Virus record (IMG/VR): IMGVR_UViG_3300030095_006528
Span: 1 to 27,346 of that record
Reading direction: 5' to 3' (one strand)
Length of the DNA stretch: 27,346 nt
Origin: a virus
Lineage: Duplodnaviria > Caudoviricetes
Shown: positions 1 to 7,050 of the stretch, piece by piece
Layout: every line of letters begins with the position of its first letter
Position numbering within the stretch: position 1 is the stretch's first letter
Position numbers and translations under genes: made by a program
The notes under the pieces: model-generated
What the model was told of the DNA's origin: nothing
The model's input: only the letters and a program-made list of their open reading frames with translations
Databases searched by the model: none

Positions 1-1
1 G

Positions 2-142
2 GATTACGGATTACTTATATTGACTTTATTTTGCATAGTTGGTTGCGGAGCAACAAGCTGGCACTTAGGTCATCGCGTCGGTATTGAAGACGCAGTACAA
101 CACATGATGGACAACGGCATATTACCTGATGTAGAGGAATAG
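2..142 (+). CDS. 5'-truncated small membrane protein
   Basis: Open frame DYGLLILTLFCIVGCGATSWHLGHRVGIEDAVQHMMDNGILPDVEE* with a hydrophobic N-terminus; its stop is 1 nt before the next ATG. Confidence 0.6.
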   Translation, partial: DYGLLILTLFCIVGCGATSWHLGHRVGIEDAVQHMMDNGILPDVEE

Positions 143-143
143 A

Positions 144-569
144 ATGCTAGTACACAAACACTTAATAATTAGAGCAGAATGTCTGGATCCTCCCACTTGT
201 CCGAACTATGTGGAACAGTGGTTAAAAAATGTAGTAGAAATGATCGGAATGAAGATATGTAAAGGACCGATCACTGCTTATGTAGATGTAAAAGGTAATG
301 AAGGTGCGACAGGAGTTGTAATTATTGAGACATCTCATGTAGCAATTCATGTATGGGATCGTCAATCTCCCGCACTTGTACAGCTCGATGTGTATACTTG
401 CGGAGACTTTGAACCTAGAAAGATTTTCAATGCCCTTAAAGAGTTTGAAGTAAAAAAGCTTGAATACAAATATTTAGACCGAGAACATGGATTAATTGAG
501 ATACCCGTATATGCAAGCAATGATGAAGAAATTTTGGATAATATGGAAACACGCACTGGGAACTTATAG
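144..569 (+). CDS. speD: Pyruvoyl-dependent S-adenosylmethionine decarboxylase family proenzyme (SpeD/SpeH-like)
   Basis: GATGVVIIETSHVAIHVW and QLDVYTCG motifs match class I prokaryotic AdoMetDC; size about 140 aa. Confidence 0.85.
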   Translation: MLVHKHLIIRAECLDPPTCPNYVEQWLKNVVEMIGMKICKGPITAYVDVKGNEGATGVVIIETSHVAIHVWDRQSPALVQLDVYTCGDFEPRKIFNALKEFEVKKLEYKYLDREHGLIEIPVYASNDEEILDNMETRTGNL

Positions 570-678
570 TGAGGAAGATATTGCCGACCATGAGAATGCA
601 ATAGCAATCATTCGCACTATAATTGTCTGTACAAATTTGATATGTGCAGTTTTCATAATAGGAAATATAATTTTATGA
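520..678 (+). CDS. Small membrane protein, paralog 1
   Basis: MMKKFWIIWKHALG...AIAIIRTIIVCTNLICAVFIIGNIIL; ATGA-coupled to the next gene and similar to it. Confidence 0.7.
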   Translation: MMKKFWIIWKHALGTYSEEDIADHENAIAIIRTIIVCTNLICAVFIIGNIIL

Positions 679-857
679 AAAAGTGGTGGAGACTCTGGGC
701 AAAATCTCTTGGTGAGAAAGTAGGCGCAGATTATGACGCAGACAAAATTGCAGTAATAAGAACATTTTGGTGGTTGCTACACGTAGCCACTTGTATATTT
801 ATAATACTAAATGCCATCGCAAATCACGGTTGGCATTTATTTGGAATTGGTGAATAA
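675..857 (+). CDS. Small membrane protein, paralog 2
   Basis: MKKWWRLWAKSLG...KIAVIRTFWWLLHVATCIFIILNAI; ATGA overlap at 675-678. Confidence 0.75.
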   Translation: MKKWWRLWAKSLGEKVGADYDADKIAVIRTFWWLLHVATCIFIILNAIANHGWHLFGIGE

Positions 858-1148
858 ATGAAAGAATTTGGATTATGGATGTATGACAATTACGAGTACA
901 TCTTCAACCATAATAAAAACCCTTTACGACACTTACCCGACCCCATGGCAAGAATGTGGATTATGGTAGTACTATCGTGGATGTGGTCAGTTACATTTGG
1001 TTGTTTAATACTTGGAAATGTCATATTCGCGGGTCTCAGTATGGCGGCCCACTTTTTGTTACTATGTATGGTAACACTTACAGTTAGCATCTTCTGGCAA
1101 GCAGAAAGAGATGGAGATGTCTGGCTATTACAACTTCGCAAGAAGTAA
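858..1148 (+). CDS. Hypothetical membrane protein (2 TM segments)
   Basis: 96-aa ORF abutting both neighbours; NPLRHLPD followed by two hydrophobic segments. Confidence 0.75.
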   Translation: MKEFGLWMYDNYEYIFNHNKNPLRHLPDPMARMWIMVVLSWMWSVTFGCLILGNVIFAGLSMAAHFLLLCMVTLTVSIFWQAERDGDVWLLQLRKK

Positions 1149-1191
1149 TGACTGCCGAAAGGAGTCAAGGAATGCGTGCCGAAAGGGCGCA
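1149..1191 (+). promoter_or_regulatory. Tandem pair of 19-nt hairpins in the hsp20 leader
   Basis: TGACT-G-CC-GAAA-GG-AGTCA (1149-1167) and TGCGT-G-CC-GAAA-GG-GCGCA (1173-1191), directly before SD AGGAG. Confidence 0.7.
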
Positions 1192-1204
1192 AAGGAGTAA
1201 AAAC

Positions 1205-1624
1205 ATGAACGCAATAGCAAAACTAACAATGGCGGATCTTGAGAGACATTTCTTAGGATTTGACCGACTGCACAATCACCTAAGTAGCACAGTACTCGAT
1301 GCAGGGTATCCTCGATATAACGTAATCAAATCGGGGGACGAAAGCTATAGAATTGAACTAGCCCTTCCAGGCTGGAATAAAGAGGATATAGAGATAAGTC
1401 TGCAAAACAGTAAACTAACTATAAAAGGTAAGCGCAAGCAGGAGGAAGCCAAGGGGGACTTCTATATATACAAAGGACTAAGTGGTAAATGCTTTGAGCG
1501 CACGTTCACTGTAGGAGAGTTCATAAAGATCAAGAAAGCATTCACAGGTCGTGGTATGCTGCTCATAGAACTTGAGCAAGAACTTCCTGAAAGTAGACGA
1601 CCAGTTATCATAGATATAGAGTAA
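1205..1624 (+). CDS. hsp20: Small heat shock protein Hsp20 (IbpA-like)
   Basis: FLGFDRL, YPRYNVIK, YRIELALPGW, LTIKG, YIYKGLSGKCFERTF alpha-crystallin motifs; SD AGGAG before ATG 1205. Confidence 0.92.
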   Translation: MNAIAKLTMADLERHFLGFDRLHNHLSSTVLDAGYPRYNVIKSGDESYRIELALPGWNKEDIEISLQNSKLTIKGKRKQEEAKGDFYIYKGLSGKCFERTFTVGEFIKIKKAFTGRGMLLIELEQELPESRRPVIIDIE

Positions 1625-1638
1625 CTGTGGAGAAATAA

Positions 1639-1755
1639 TTGTCAACAGAAACAAAAGATAAGTTCTGTTACTGGTGTGATTTGTTAGGTATAGGTACAGT
1701 TGTATTAGTAATACTAGCCTCACCTTTCATAACAATGGCAGCAGCAGGACTTTAA
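1639..1755 (+). CDS. Small single-TM protein upstream of the endolysin
   Basis: SD GGAGA, TTG start, MSTETKDKFCYWCDLLGIGTVVLVILASPFITMAAAGL; fills the intergenic gap. Confidence 0.6.
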   Translation: MSTETKDKFCYWCDLLGIGTVVLVILASPFITMAAAGL

Positions 1756-1766
1756 AGGAATAAAGC

Positions 1767-2216
1767 ATGAATATAGATAGAGTACGAAAGCAATTAGAAA
1801 TCGATGAAGGTGTGGTATACGAAATTTATAACGATCATCTAGGCTATCCAACATTTGGTATTGGTCATCTTGTGAGAGAAACTGATCCTGAACATGATTG
1901 GGTAGTAGGATCTTTTGTTAGTGAAGAACGTGTGCAGGAAGCATTCGAGGCCGACTTAACCGTCGCATGCTCTGAGTGCTCTATCCTATATGCTTCTGAT
2001 TGGGATCAATTCCCAGACGAAGTGCAAGAAATACTAGTAAATATGCTATTCAATCTTGGAAGAACAAGACTGAATAAATTTAAGAAAATGAATGCAGCCT
2101 TGAGAAATCGAGACTGGAATACTGCCGCTATTGAAGGAAGAGACTCCTTATGGTATCGCCAGGTAAGCAATCGCGCAGAGCGATTGATGAAGAGGATGGA
2201 AAATGTCAATAGTTAG
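1767..2216 (+). CDS. Endolysin, T4-type lysozyme (GH24)
   Basis: DEG-x6-D-HLGYPTFGIGHL catalytic E/D/T triad; NMLFNLG; DSLWYRQVSNRAERL. Confidence 0.93.
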   Translation: MNIDRVRKQLEIDEGVVYEIYNDHLGYPTFGIGHLVRETDPEHDWVVGSFVSEERVQEAFEADLTVACSECSILYASDWDQFPDEVQEILVNMLFNLGRTRLNKFKKMNAALRNRDWNTAAIEGRDSLWYRQVSNRAERLMKRMENVNS

Positions 2217-2607
2217 TGCATTGATTGGGCCAGCAACGTCACTGCTCGATAAATTTATCGAGGACAAAGATCAGAAAATGGCGCTTGCTCACGAAATCAG
2301 TACGATGGCAGAGCGACACGCTCAAGAGTTAGCAAAAGGACAATTAGAAGTAAATAAGGTGGAAGCTGCAAGTAAGAGTATGTTTGTAGCAGGGTGGAGA
2401 CCTTTCATTGGATGGGTATGTGGTATTGGATTTTTATCAAACTTCATAATCATTCCAATGGCGAACTTTGGACTTGCATTAGCAGAAATGTCCATTGTGA
2501 TACCAATGATAGACACTACCCAAATGATGCCAGTGCTGATGGGAATGTTGGGACTGGGTGCAATGAGAACCGTAGAAAAGGTACAAAAAGTATCAAGGGA
2601 GAAATGA
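2203..2607 (+). CDS. Putative holin (GTA 3-TM holin / DUF3154-like)
   Basis: NKVEAASKSMFVAGWRPFIGWVCG and LMGMLGLGAMRTVEK motifs; overlaps the endolysin. Confidence 0.82.
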   Translation: MSIVSALIGPATSLLDKFIEDKDQKMALAHEISTMAERHAQELAKGQLEVNKVEAASKSMFVAGWRPFIGWVCGIGFLSNFIIIPMANFGLALAEMSIVIPMIDTTQMMPVLMGMLGLGAMRTVEKVQKVSREK

Positions 2608-2675
2608 GTATGGATTATATCGGAGCAGCAGTAATGATTATTATGCTTTTGGGCATGGTTTTTGGAGGGGGCTAG
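2604..2675 (+). CDS. Tiny hydrophobic peptide
   Basis: ATGA-coupled to the holin; MSMDYIGAAVMIIMLLGMVFGGG. Confidence 0.35.
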   Translation: MSMDYIGAAVMIIMLLGMVFGGG

Positions 2676-2736
2676 TATAGAAGAAATAGCGTCAATGGTA
2701 ATACCGGTAGTTATGATACTTATCTTACTGTTATAG
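2662..2736 (+). CDS. Tiny hydrophobic peptide
   Basis: TTG start; MEGASIEEIASMVIPVVMILILLL; fills the gap before the lipoprotein gene. Confidence 0.25.
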   Translation: MEGASIEEIASMVIPVVMILILLL

Positions 2737-2744
2737 GAGATAAC

Positions 2745-2969
2745 ATGAAACAAATAGTAGCAATACTAGCAATATCAATGTTAGCGGGATGCGCAACAAC
2801 TGGTATTAGCGAAAAGAAAGAATATAGTCAAATAGAAGAGGCTATGAAAGCAAAGAAACGAGGAGATATTTTAGTTTGTCACGGCAGAAACAGGGCGACG
2901 GCAACCTGTGGATACATGGACGAACGAATTCTTCACCAAAAGTTAAAACACGCAGGAATACTCTTTTAA
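2745..2969 (+). CDS. Putative lipoprotein
   Basis: SD AGGAG; signal peptide with lipobox LAGC; two further Cys. Confidence 0.78.
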   Translation: MKQIVAILAISMLAGCATTGISEKKEYSQIEEAMKAKKRGDILVCHGRNRATATCGYMDERILHQKLKHAGILF

Positions 2970-3145
2970 TGAAAAATCCAGTAGCAAAATACGCTTATAA
3001 ATTCAATAAGTCTTATGCTCATAAAGATAAGACTAAGTACGATCGTGTTAAAGAAAGATGCACTCATTGGGACATGGATTACATGTCCCTTGAGGAGCTG
3101 GATATGATAGCAGAGGACAATAAAAATGCACGGAGCACAACATGA
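2969..3145 (+). CDS. Small basic hypothetical phage protein
   Basis: TAATG coupling; MKNPVAKYAYKFNKSYAHKDKTKYDR resembles a common small phage family. Confidence 0.7.
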   Translation: MKNPVAKYAYKFNKSYAHKDKTKYDRVKERCTHWDMDYMSLEELDMIAEDNKNARSTT

Positions 3146-3279
3146 CAGACATTGAGGTTATAGATTTATTTGATCAAACGAATATCACACTGAGAAGGTT
3201 ATCAGAGATTAGCGGAAGATCTGTAGAAGATCTTAAATTATTATTGATGGCAGAGAAGAATAAAAAGAGTACAGATTAA
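3142..3279 (+). CDS. Small hypothetical protein, possibly HTH-like
   Basis: ATGA-coupled; MTDIEVIDLFDQTNITLRRLSEISGRSVEDLKLLLMAEKNKKSTD. Confidence 0.6.
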   Translation: MTDIEVIDLFDQTNITLRRLSEISGRSVEDLKLLLMAEKNKKSTD

Positions 3280-3389
3280 TGGAAGCAACGACAATATTTG
3301 TTTTTGGAATTTTAACATTCTTTTTCTGTATTTATGTATCGGCTCATGTAGCCGCATTTATAAAAGACTTAAAGGATATGTTTAAATGA
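3279..3389 (+). CDS. Small single-TM protein
   Basis: TAATG- and ATGA-coupled on both sides; MEATTIFVFGILTFFFCIYVSAHVAAFIKDLKDMFK. Confidence 0.6.
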   Translation: MEATTIFVFGILTFFFCIYVSAHVAAFIKDLKDMFK

Positions 3390-3868
3390 GTAAGCACAAT
3401 GAAATTGATGAAAACATTGCAATACCCTTAGGGGTATCTATAGTAGCAGGTATACTGTTGTATACGGGACTATCACTTGCAGAATATAGAGGACAGCCAC
3501 AGGGCAACCATTGCATTGGTGAGTGCTATGAACAGGTACTGGAAAGAAGAGAAGTAGCAAGACTTGCAAAACTAGAGGAAGAACGATTAATCGCAGCGGG
3601 GTTGATAGAAGCTCCAGTTGTGATAGAAGATCCTACTCCTCAATCGTGGGCTGGCTGTGCAGGATGTCATGGACAAAAAGGCGAAGGTATGGGAATGTTC
3701 CCTAAACTCGCAGGTCAATCGAAAGATTACATAACAACTGCACTAGTTCAGTATAAGAATAGACAACAGAGAGGAAAGCAATCTATGATCATGTGGTCAC
3801 AGGCTTCGATTCTCTCTGATAGAGATATAGATGTTCTGGGGGACTATATCAGTGCACTCGACAATTAA
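3386..3868 (+). CDS. Membrane-anchored monoheme cytochrome c (c553/c4-like)
   Basis: N-terminal TM helix; CAGCHG heme motif followed by GEG..FPKLAGQSKDYITTAL..YK and candidate axial Met residues (SMIM). Confidence 0.88.
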   Translation: MSKHNEIDENIAIPLGVSIVAGILLYTGLSLAEYRGQPQGNHCIGECYEQVLERREVARLAKLEEERLIAAGLIEAPVVIEDPTPQSWAGCAGCHGQKGEGMGMFPKLAGQSKDYITTALVQYKNRQQRGKQSMIMWSQASILSDRDIDVLGDYISALDN

Positions 3869-5000
3869 AGAAATACTACGCAAAGAACAGACACGACAAA
3901 AACACACAATCGAACTTATAGCAAGTGAGAACTTTGCGAGCGATGCCGTGCGTGAGCTATGTGGCAGTATCTTTACAAATAAGTACGCTGAAGGATATCC
4001 ATTTAAAAGATATTACAACGGTTGTGAGCATATGGATGAAATTGAAATTCATGCCATAGAATTAGTTACAAAACTATATAAGTGTAAGTTTGCAAACGTA
4101 CAACCTCACAGCGGGGTCAATGCGAATACAGCAGTTTACCAAGCTCTCATGAAACCTGGGGATACACTTCTTGGTATGGATCTTGCAAGTGGAGGACATT
4201 TAAGCCATGGCGCACCCCCAACCTTGAGTGGAAAAGTATATAACTCATTAACTTATGGAGTAGATAAATATGGTAAAATTAACTACGATCAAGTATGGGA
4301 GCTTGCACTTGAACACAGCCCCGATGTTATCGTGGCAGGAGCCAGCTCGTACCCTCGAACAATCCGATGGGACATTTTTAGAACAATTGCCGACTCTGTT
4401 GGAGCTTACCTTGTCTGTGATATCGCACATTATAGTGGACTTGTTGCCGCAGGACAGTATCCCAGTCCTTTTCCTCACGCTCACGTAGTAACGAGCACAA
4501 CTCACAAAACTTTAAGAGGACCACGCGGTGGAATGATATTGTGGAACAATAGTTGTCTTTCTAAAAAGATAAACAGTGCAGTCTTTCCAGGAACACAAGG
4601 CGGTCCGCTTATGAATATAATTGCTGCAAAAGCACAGTGCTTTGCAGAAGCAAGCACAGAAGAGTTTCGAAACTACATAACAGAAGTTCTTGTAAGTGCA
4701 GAAAGACTTGCAGATGGTTTAATATATGGTGGATTTGATATTGCAACAGGAGGAACAGACAGTCATATTGTTCTCGTAGATTTGAGTAAGAAAGCTATCA
4801 GTGGACGTGAGGCCGCAGACCTACTTGAGAAGAATGGTATTACTTGTAACAAAAATGGAGTGCCAAACGATCCACGAAACTTTGTAGAAACAAGTGGAAT
4901 TCGATTGGGTACTGCGGCAGAGGTTACTCGAGGCGGGGATAGAGATTGGTTCTATAATTTAGGACTAAATATTGCGGACATACTCGAGAATTATTCTTGA
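3852..5000 (+). CDS. glyA: Serine hydroxymethyltransferase
   Basis: ELIASENF, NKYAEGYP, NVQPHSG, GGHLSHG, STTHKTLRGPRGG (PLP lysine), FPGTQGGP; probable GTG start at 3852, although the frame is open from 3831. Confidence 0.97.
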   Translation: MHSTIKEILRKEQTRQKHTIELIASENFASDAVRELCGSIFTNKYAEGYPFKRYYNGCEHMDEIEIHAIELVTKLYKCKFANVQPHSGVNANTAVYQALMKPGDTLLGMDLASGGHLSHGAPPTLSGKVYNSLTYGVDKYGKINYDQVWELALEHSPDVIVAGASSYPRTIRWDIFRTIADSVGAYLVCDIAHYSGLVAAGQYPSPFPHAHVVTSTTHKTLRGPRGGMILWNNSCLSKKINSAVFPGTQGGPLMNIIAAKAQCFAEASTEEFRNYITEVLVSAERLADGLIYGGFDIATGGTDSHIVLVDLSKKAISGREAADLLEKNGITCNKNGVPNDPRNFVETSGIRLGTAAEVTRGGDRDWFYNLGLNIADILENYS

Positions 5001-5025
5001 CAACTTATTAAAAAACACGTATAAT
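4997..5025 (+). promoter_or_regulatory. Sigma70-type promoter P1
   Basis: TTGACA (4997-5002), 17-nt spacer, TATAAT (5020-5025). Confidence 0.88.
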
Positions 5026-5031
5026 ACTTTT

Positions 5032-5625
5032 ATGAATTTATTTTACTTAGACGATGATCTCGACAAATGTGCCGAGTATCATGTAGACAAACACATTGTC
5101 AAGATGCCTCTCGAAGCGGCTCAAATCTTGTCAACAACTATTTGGATAGATGAGCATCTTGGTTTTATACCTCGTGCTCTTGAGAAGAGCGAAAGAGATC
5201 ATCTCAATGCAATGAAGAAAGAAGTTGCAAAACTACCTCAAGAAGAACGTCCTCTTTCTCCGTATCTGCCAATGATGTACAATCATCCTTGCACGATATG
5301 GGCAAGATGTTCTCTGGACAATCATGAGTGGACACATTGCTATGCAAATGCACTCGGAGAAGAATATCGTTATCGCTATGGCAAAGAACACAAATCAGTC
5401 ATAGTGATAAACAAATTACAAGAAACAAAAAACTTACCACGACTCGGGTTTACAGAGTTCGGACTGGCTATGCCAGATGTATTGAAAAATTATGATGATC
5501 CTATTCAATCCTATCGGGACTATTATCACTTGGACAAAGCGACATTTGCAAGTTGGAAAGGTCGAGAAAAGCCACCGTGGTGGAATGAGGACTATGCTGA
5601 CTACGAAAAGAGGATTACAGCATGA
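5032..5625 (+). CDS. Pyrimidine dimer DNA glycosylase / endonuclease V (DenV)-like family protein
   Basis: MNLFYLD..CAEYHVDKHIVKMPLEAAQIL, NHPCTIWAR, EYRYRYGKEH, AMPD...SYRDYY, PPWW motifs. Confidence 0.75.
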   Translation: MNLFYLDDDLDKCAEYHVDKHIVKMPLEAAQILSTTIWIDEHLGFIPRALEKSERDHLNAMKKEVAKLPQEERPLSPYLPMMYNHPCTIWARCSLDNHEWTHCYANALGEEYRYRYGKEHKSVIVINKLQETKNLPRLGFTEFGLAMPDVLKNYDDPIQSYRDYYHLDKATFASWKGREKPPWWNEDYADYEKRITA

Positions 5626-6269
5626 ATGTACGACTAGTATCACCGACACCAGGAGCGAACCTCTTAGACAAGATTGCTATGATGGCAAGGGTCTCCAACC
5701 CAAACAATCAAGAAAACAACAAAACAGCGGAAAAACTTACACGATATCTTATAAAGCATAAGCATTGGTCTCCTTTTGAGATGGCGAATATCGTGCTAGA
5801 GATTACTACAACTCGTGATATTGCACGACAGATACTACGTCATCGTAGTTTTTCTTTTCAAGAGTTCAGTCAGCGATATGCAGAAGTAGGGGATCTAGGA
5901 TTTCCATTCGAGTACAAAGAAGCACGAATGCAAGATCAAAGTAATCGTCAGAATAGTATTGTTTTGGACAATGATTCAGGAATACATTATCAGTGGTTGC
6001 AACAACAAAAGAAAGTTACTGATATAGCAAGCACTGCTTATAAATGGGCACTTGATAGGGGTATTGCAAAAGAGCAGGCGAGAGCAGTACTGCCCGAAGG
6101 AATAACAATTAGTAGAATGTATATGCAAGGAAGTGTAAGATCGTGGATACATTATGTAGATTTACGATCTTCAGTTGAAACCCAAAAAGAGCATCGAGAG
6201 ATTGCAAGGGAATGTGCAGCTTGTATTGAGTGTGTCTTTCCAATGATAAAGGAGTTTGTACACGAATGA
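5622..6269 (+). CDS. thyX: Flavin-dependent thymidylate synthase
   Basis: HWSPFE; ThyX signature RHRSFSFQEFSQRY; AKEQARAVLP; TQKEHR. Confidence 0.97.
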   Translation: MNVRLVSPTPGANLLDKIAMMARVSNPNNQENNKTAEKLTRYLIKHKHWSPFEMANIVLEITTTRDIARQILRHRSFSFQEFSQRYAEVGDLGFPFEYKEARMQDQSNRQNSIVLDNDSGIHYQWLQQQKKVTDIASTAYKWALDRGIAKEQARAVLPEGITISRMYMQGSVRSWIHYVDLRSSVETQKEHREIARECAACIECVFPMIKEFVHE

Positions 6270-6676
6270 GATATTGTTTTGATATAGATGGTACGATTTG
6301 TACTTGGGTAAAAGGCAGAAACTATGGAGATGCAAAGCCGATGAAACATCGTATTGCAAGAGTAAACTCTTTGTTTGATGCAGGCAATCACATTACTTAT
6401 TTTACTGCGAGAGCAATGGGACGTTTTTCAGATATACCCCACGAGTTTGCAATGAAAGAAGCAGGCTTAGCTCTTCGTGATTTCACCGAGCAACAGTTAG
6501 AAACTTGGGGATGTAAGTATCATCGTCTATTGATGGGCAAACCTCATGCAGACGTCTTTGTAGATGACAAAGGAATTGATTCAGAGATATACTTTTTCAA
6601 TGATCGTCCTACTGTATTTGATGGAACACTGGCGGAGGACTGCGATGATTCTGTATCACGACGATCTACTAATTGA
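6266..6676 (+). CDS. HAD-superfamily phosphatase
   Basis: Motif I FDIDGT, motif II FTAR, motif III/IV MGKPHADVFVDDK; ATGA coupling at 6266. Confidence 0.85.
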   Translation: MRYCFDIDGTICTWVKGRNYGDAKPMKHRIARVNSLFDAGNHITYFTARAMGRFSDIPHEFAMKEAGLALRDFTEQQLETWGCKYHRLLMGKPHADVFVDDKGIDSEIYFFNDRPTVFDGTLAEDCDDSVSRRSTN

Positions 6677-6800
6677 GTACTATAAAGAGTACCAAGCTAC
6701 GATGCCTACAGGTATGTCCACATTAGATATCGAACAATATCGAGTAAGAATATTTGAACCTTTATTAGAGGAAGAATATCATGGAGAAAGCCGTGAGTAA
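6645..6800 (+). CDS. Small acidic hypothetical protein
   Basis: SD GGAGG before ATG 6645; MILYHDDLLIEYYKEYQ... Confidence 0.6.
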   Translation: MILYHDDLLIEYYKEYQATMPTGMSTLDIEQYRVRIFEPLLEEEYHGESRE

Positions 6801-7050
6801 CTATCAGTCACCGTGTATAGGTGTTTGTTTGCTAGAAGATGATACGTGTGTGGGATGTTTGAGAACTATATTTGAAATACAACGATGGGGCAGTTATTCT
6901 GCCGAAGAAAAAGCTGTAATAATGTGGAGACTAAAAGAACGTGGCAGAAGGAAAGAAATTCGATACGAAAAAACCGAAAGCGTATCTGCTTCCACCAAAG
7001 GCCCTGATGGAAGTCAGTCGGGTTTTGACGATTGGAGCAGAAAAGTATGA
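6781..7050 (+). CDS. DUF1289 / YdhL-like Cys-rich protein
   Basis: SPCIGVC..DDTCVGCLRTIFEIQRW pattern; alternative GTG start at 6793. Confidence 0.8.
   Translation: MEKAVSNYQSPCIGVCLLEDDTCVGCLRTIFEIQRWGSYSAEEKAVIMWRLKERGRRKEIRYEKTESVSASTKGPDGSQSGFDDWSRKV

Noticed and set aside
1148-1204. N-terminal extension of Hsp20 (MTAERSQGMRAERAQRSKN)
   Set aside because: The repeated AER is the translation of the twin hairpins; the SD supports ATG 1205
2610-2747. TAG read-through at 2673-2675 joining the micro-ORF to the lipoprotein (possible stop recoding)
   Set aside because: The lipoprotein has its own SD and signal peptide, and conserved genes show no internal TAG
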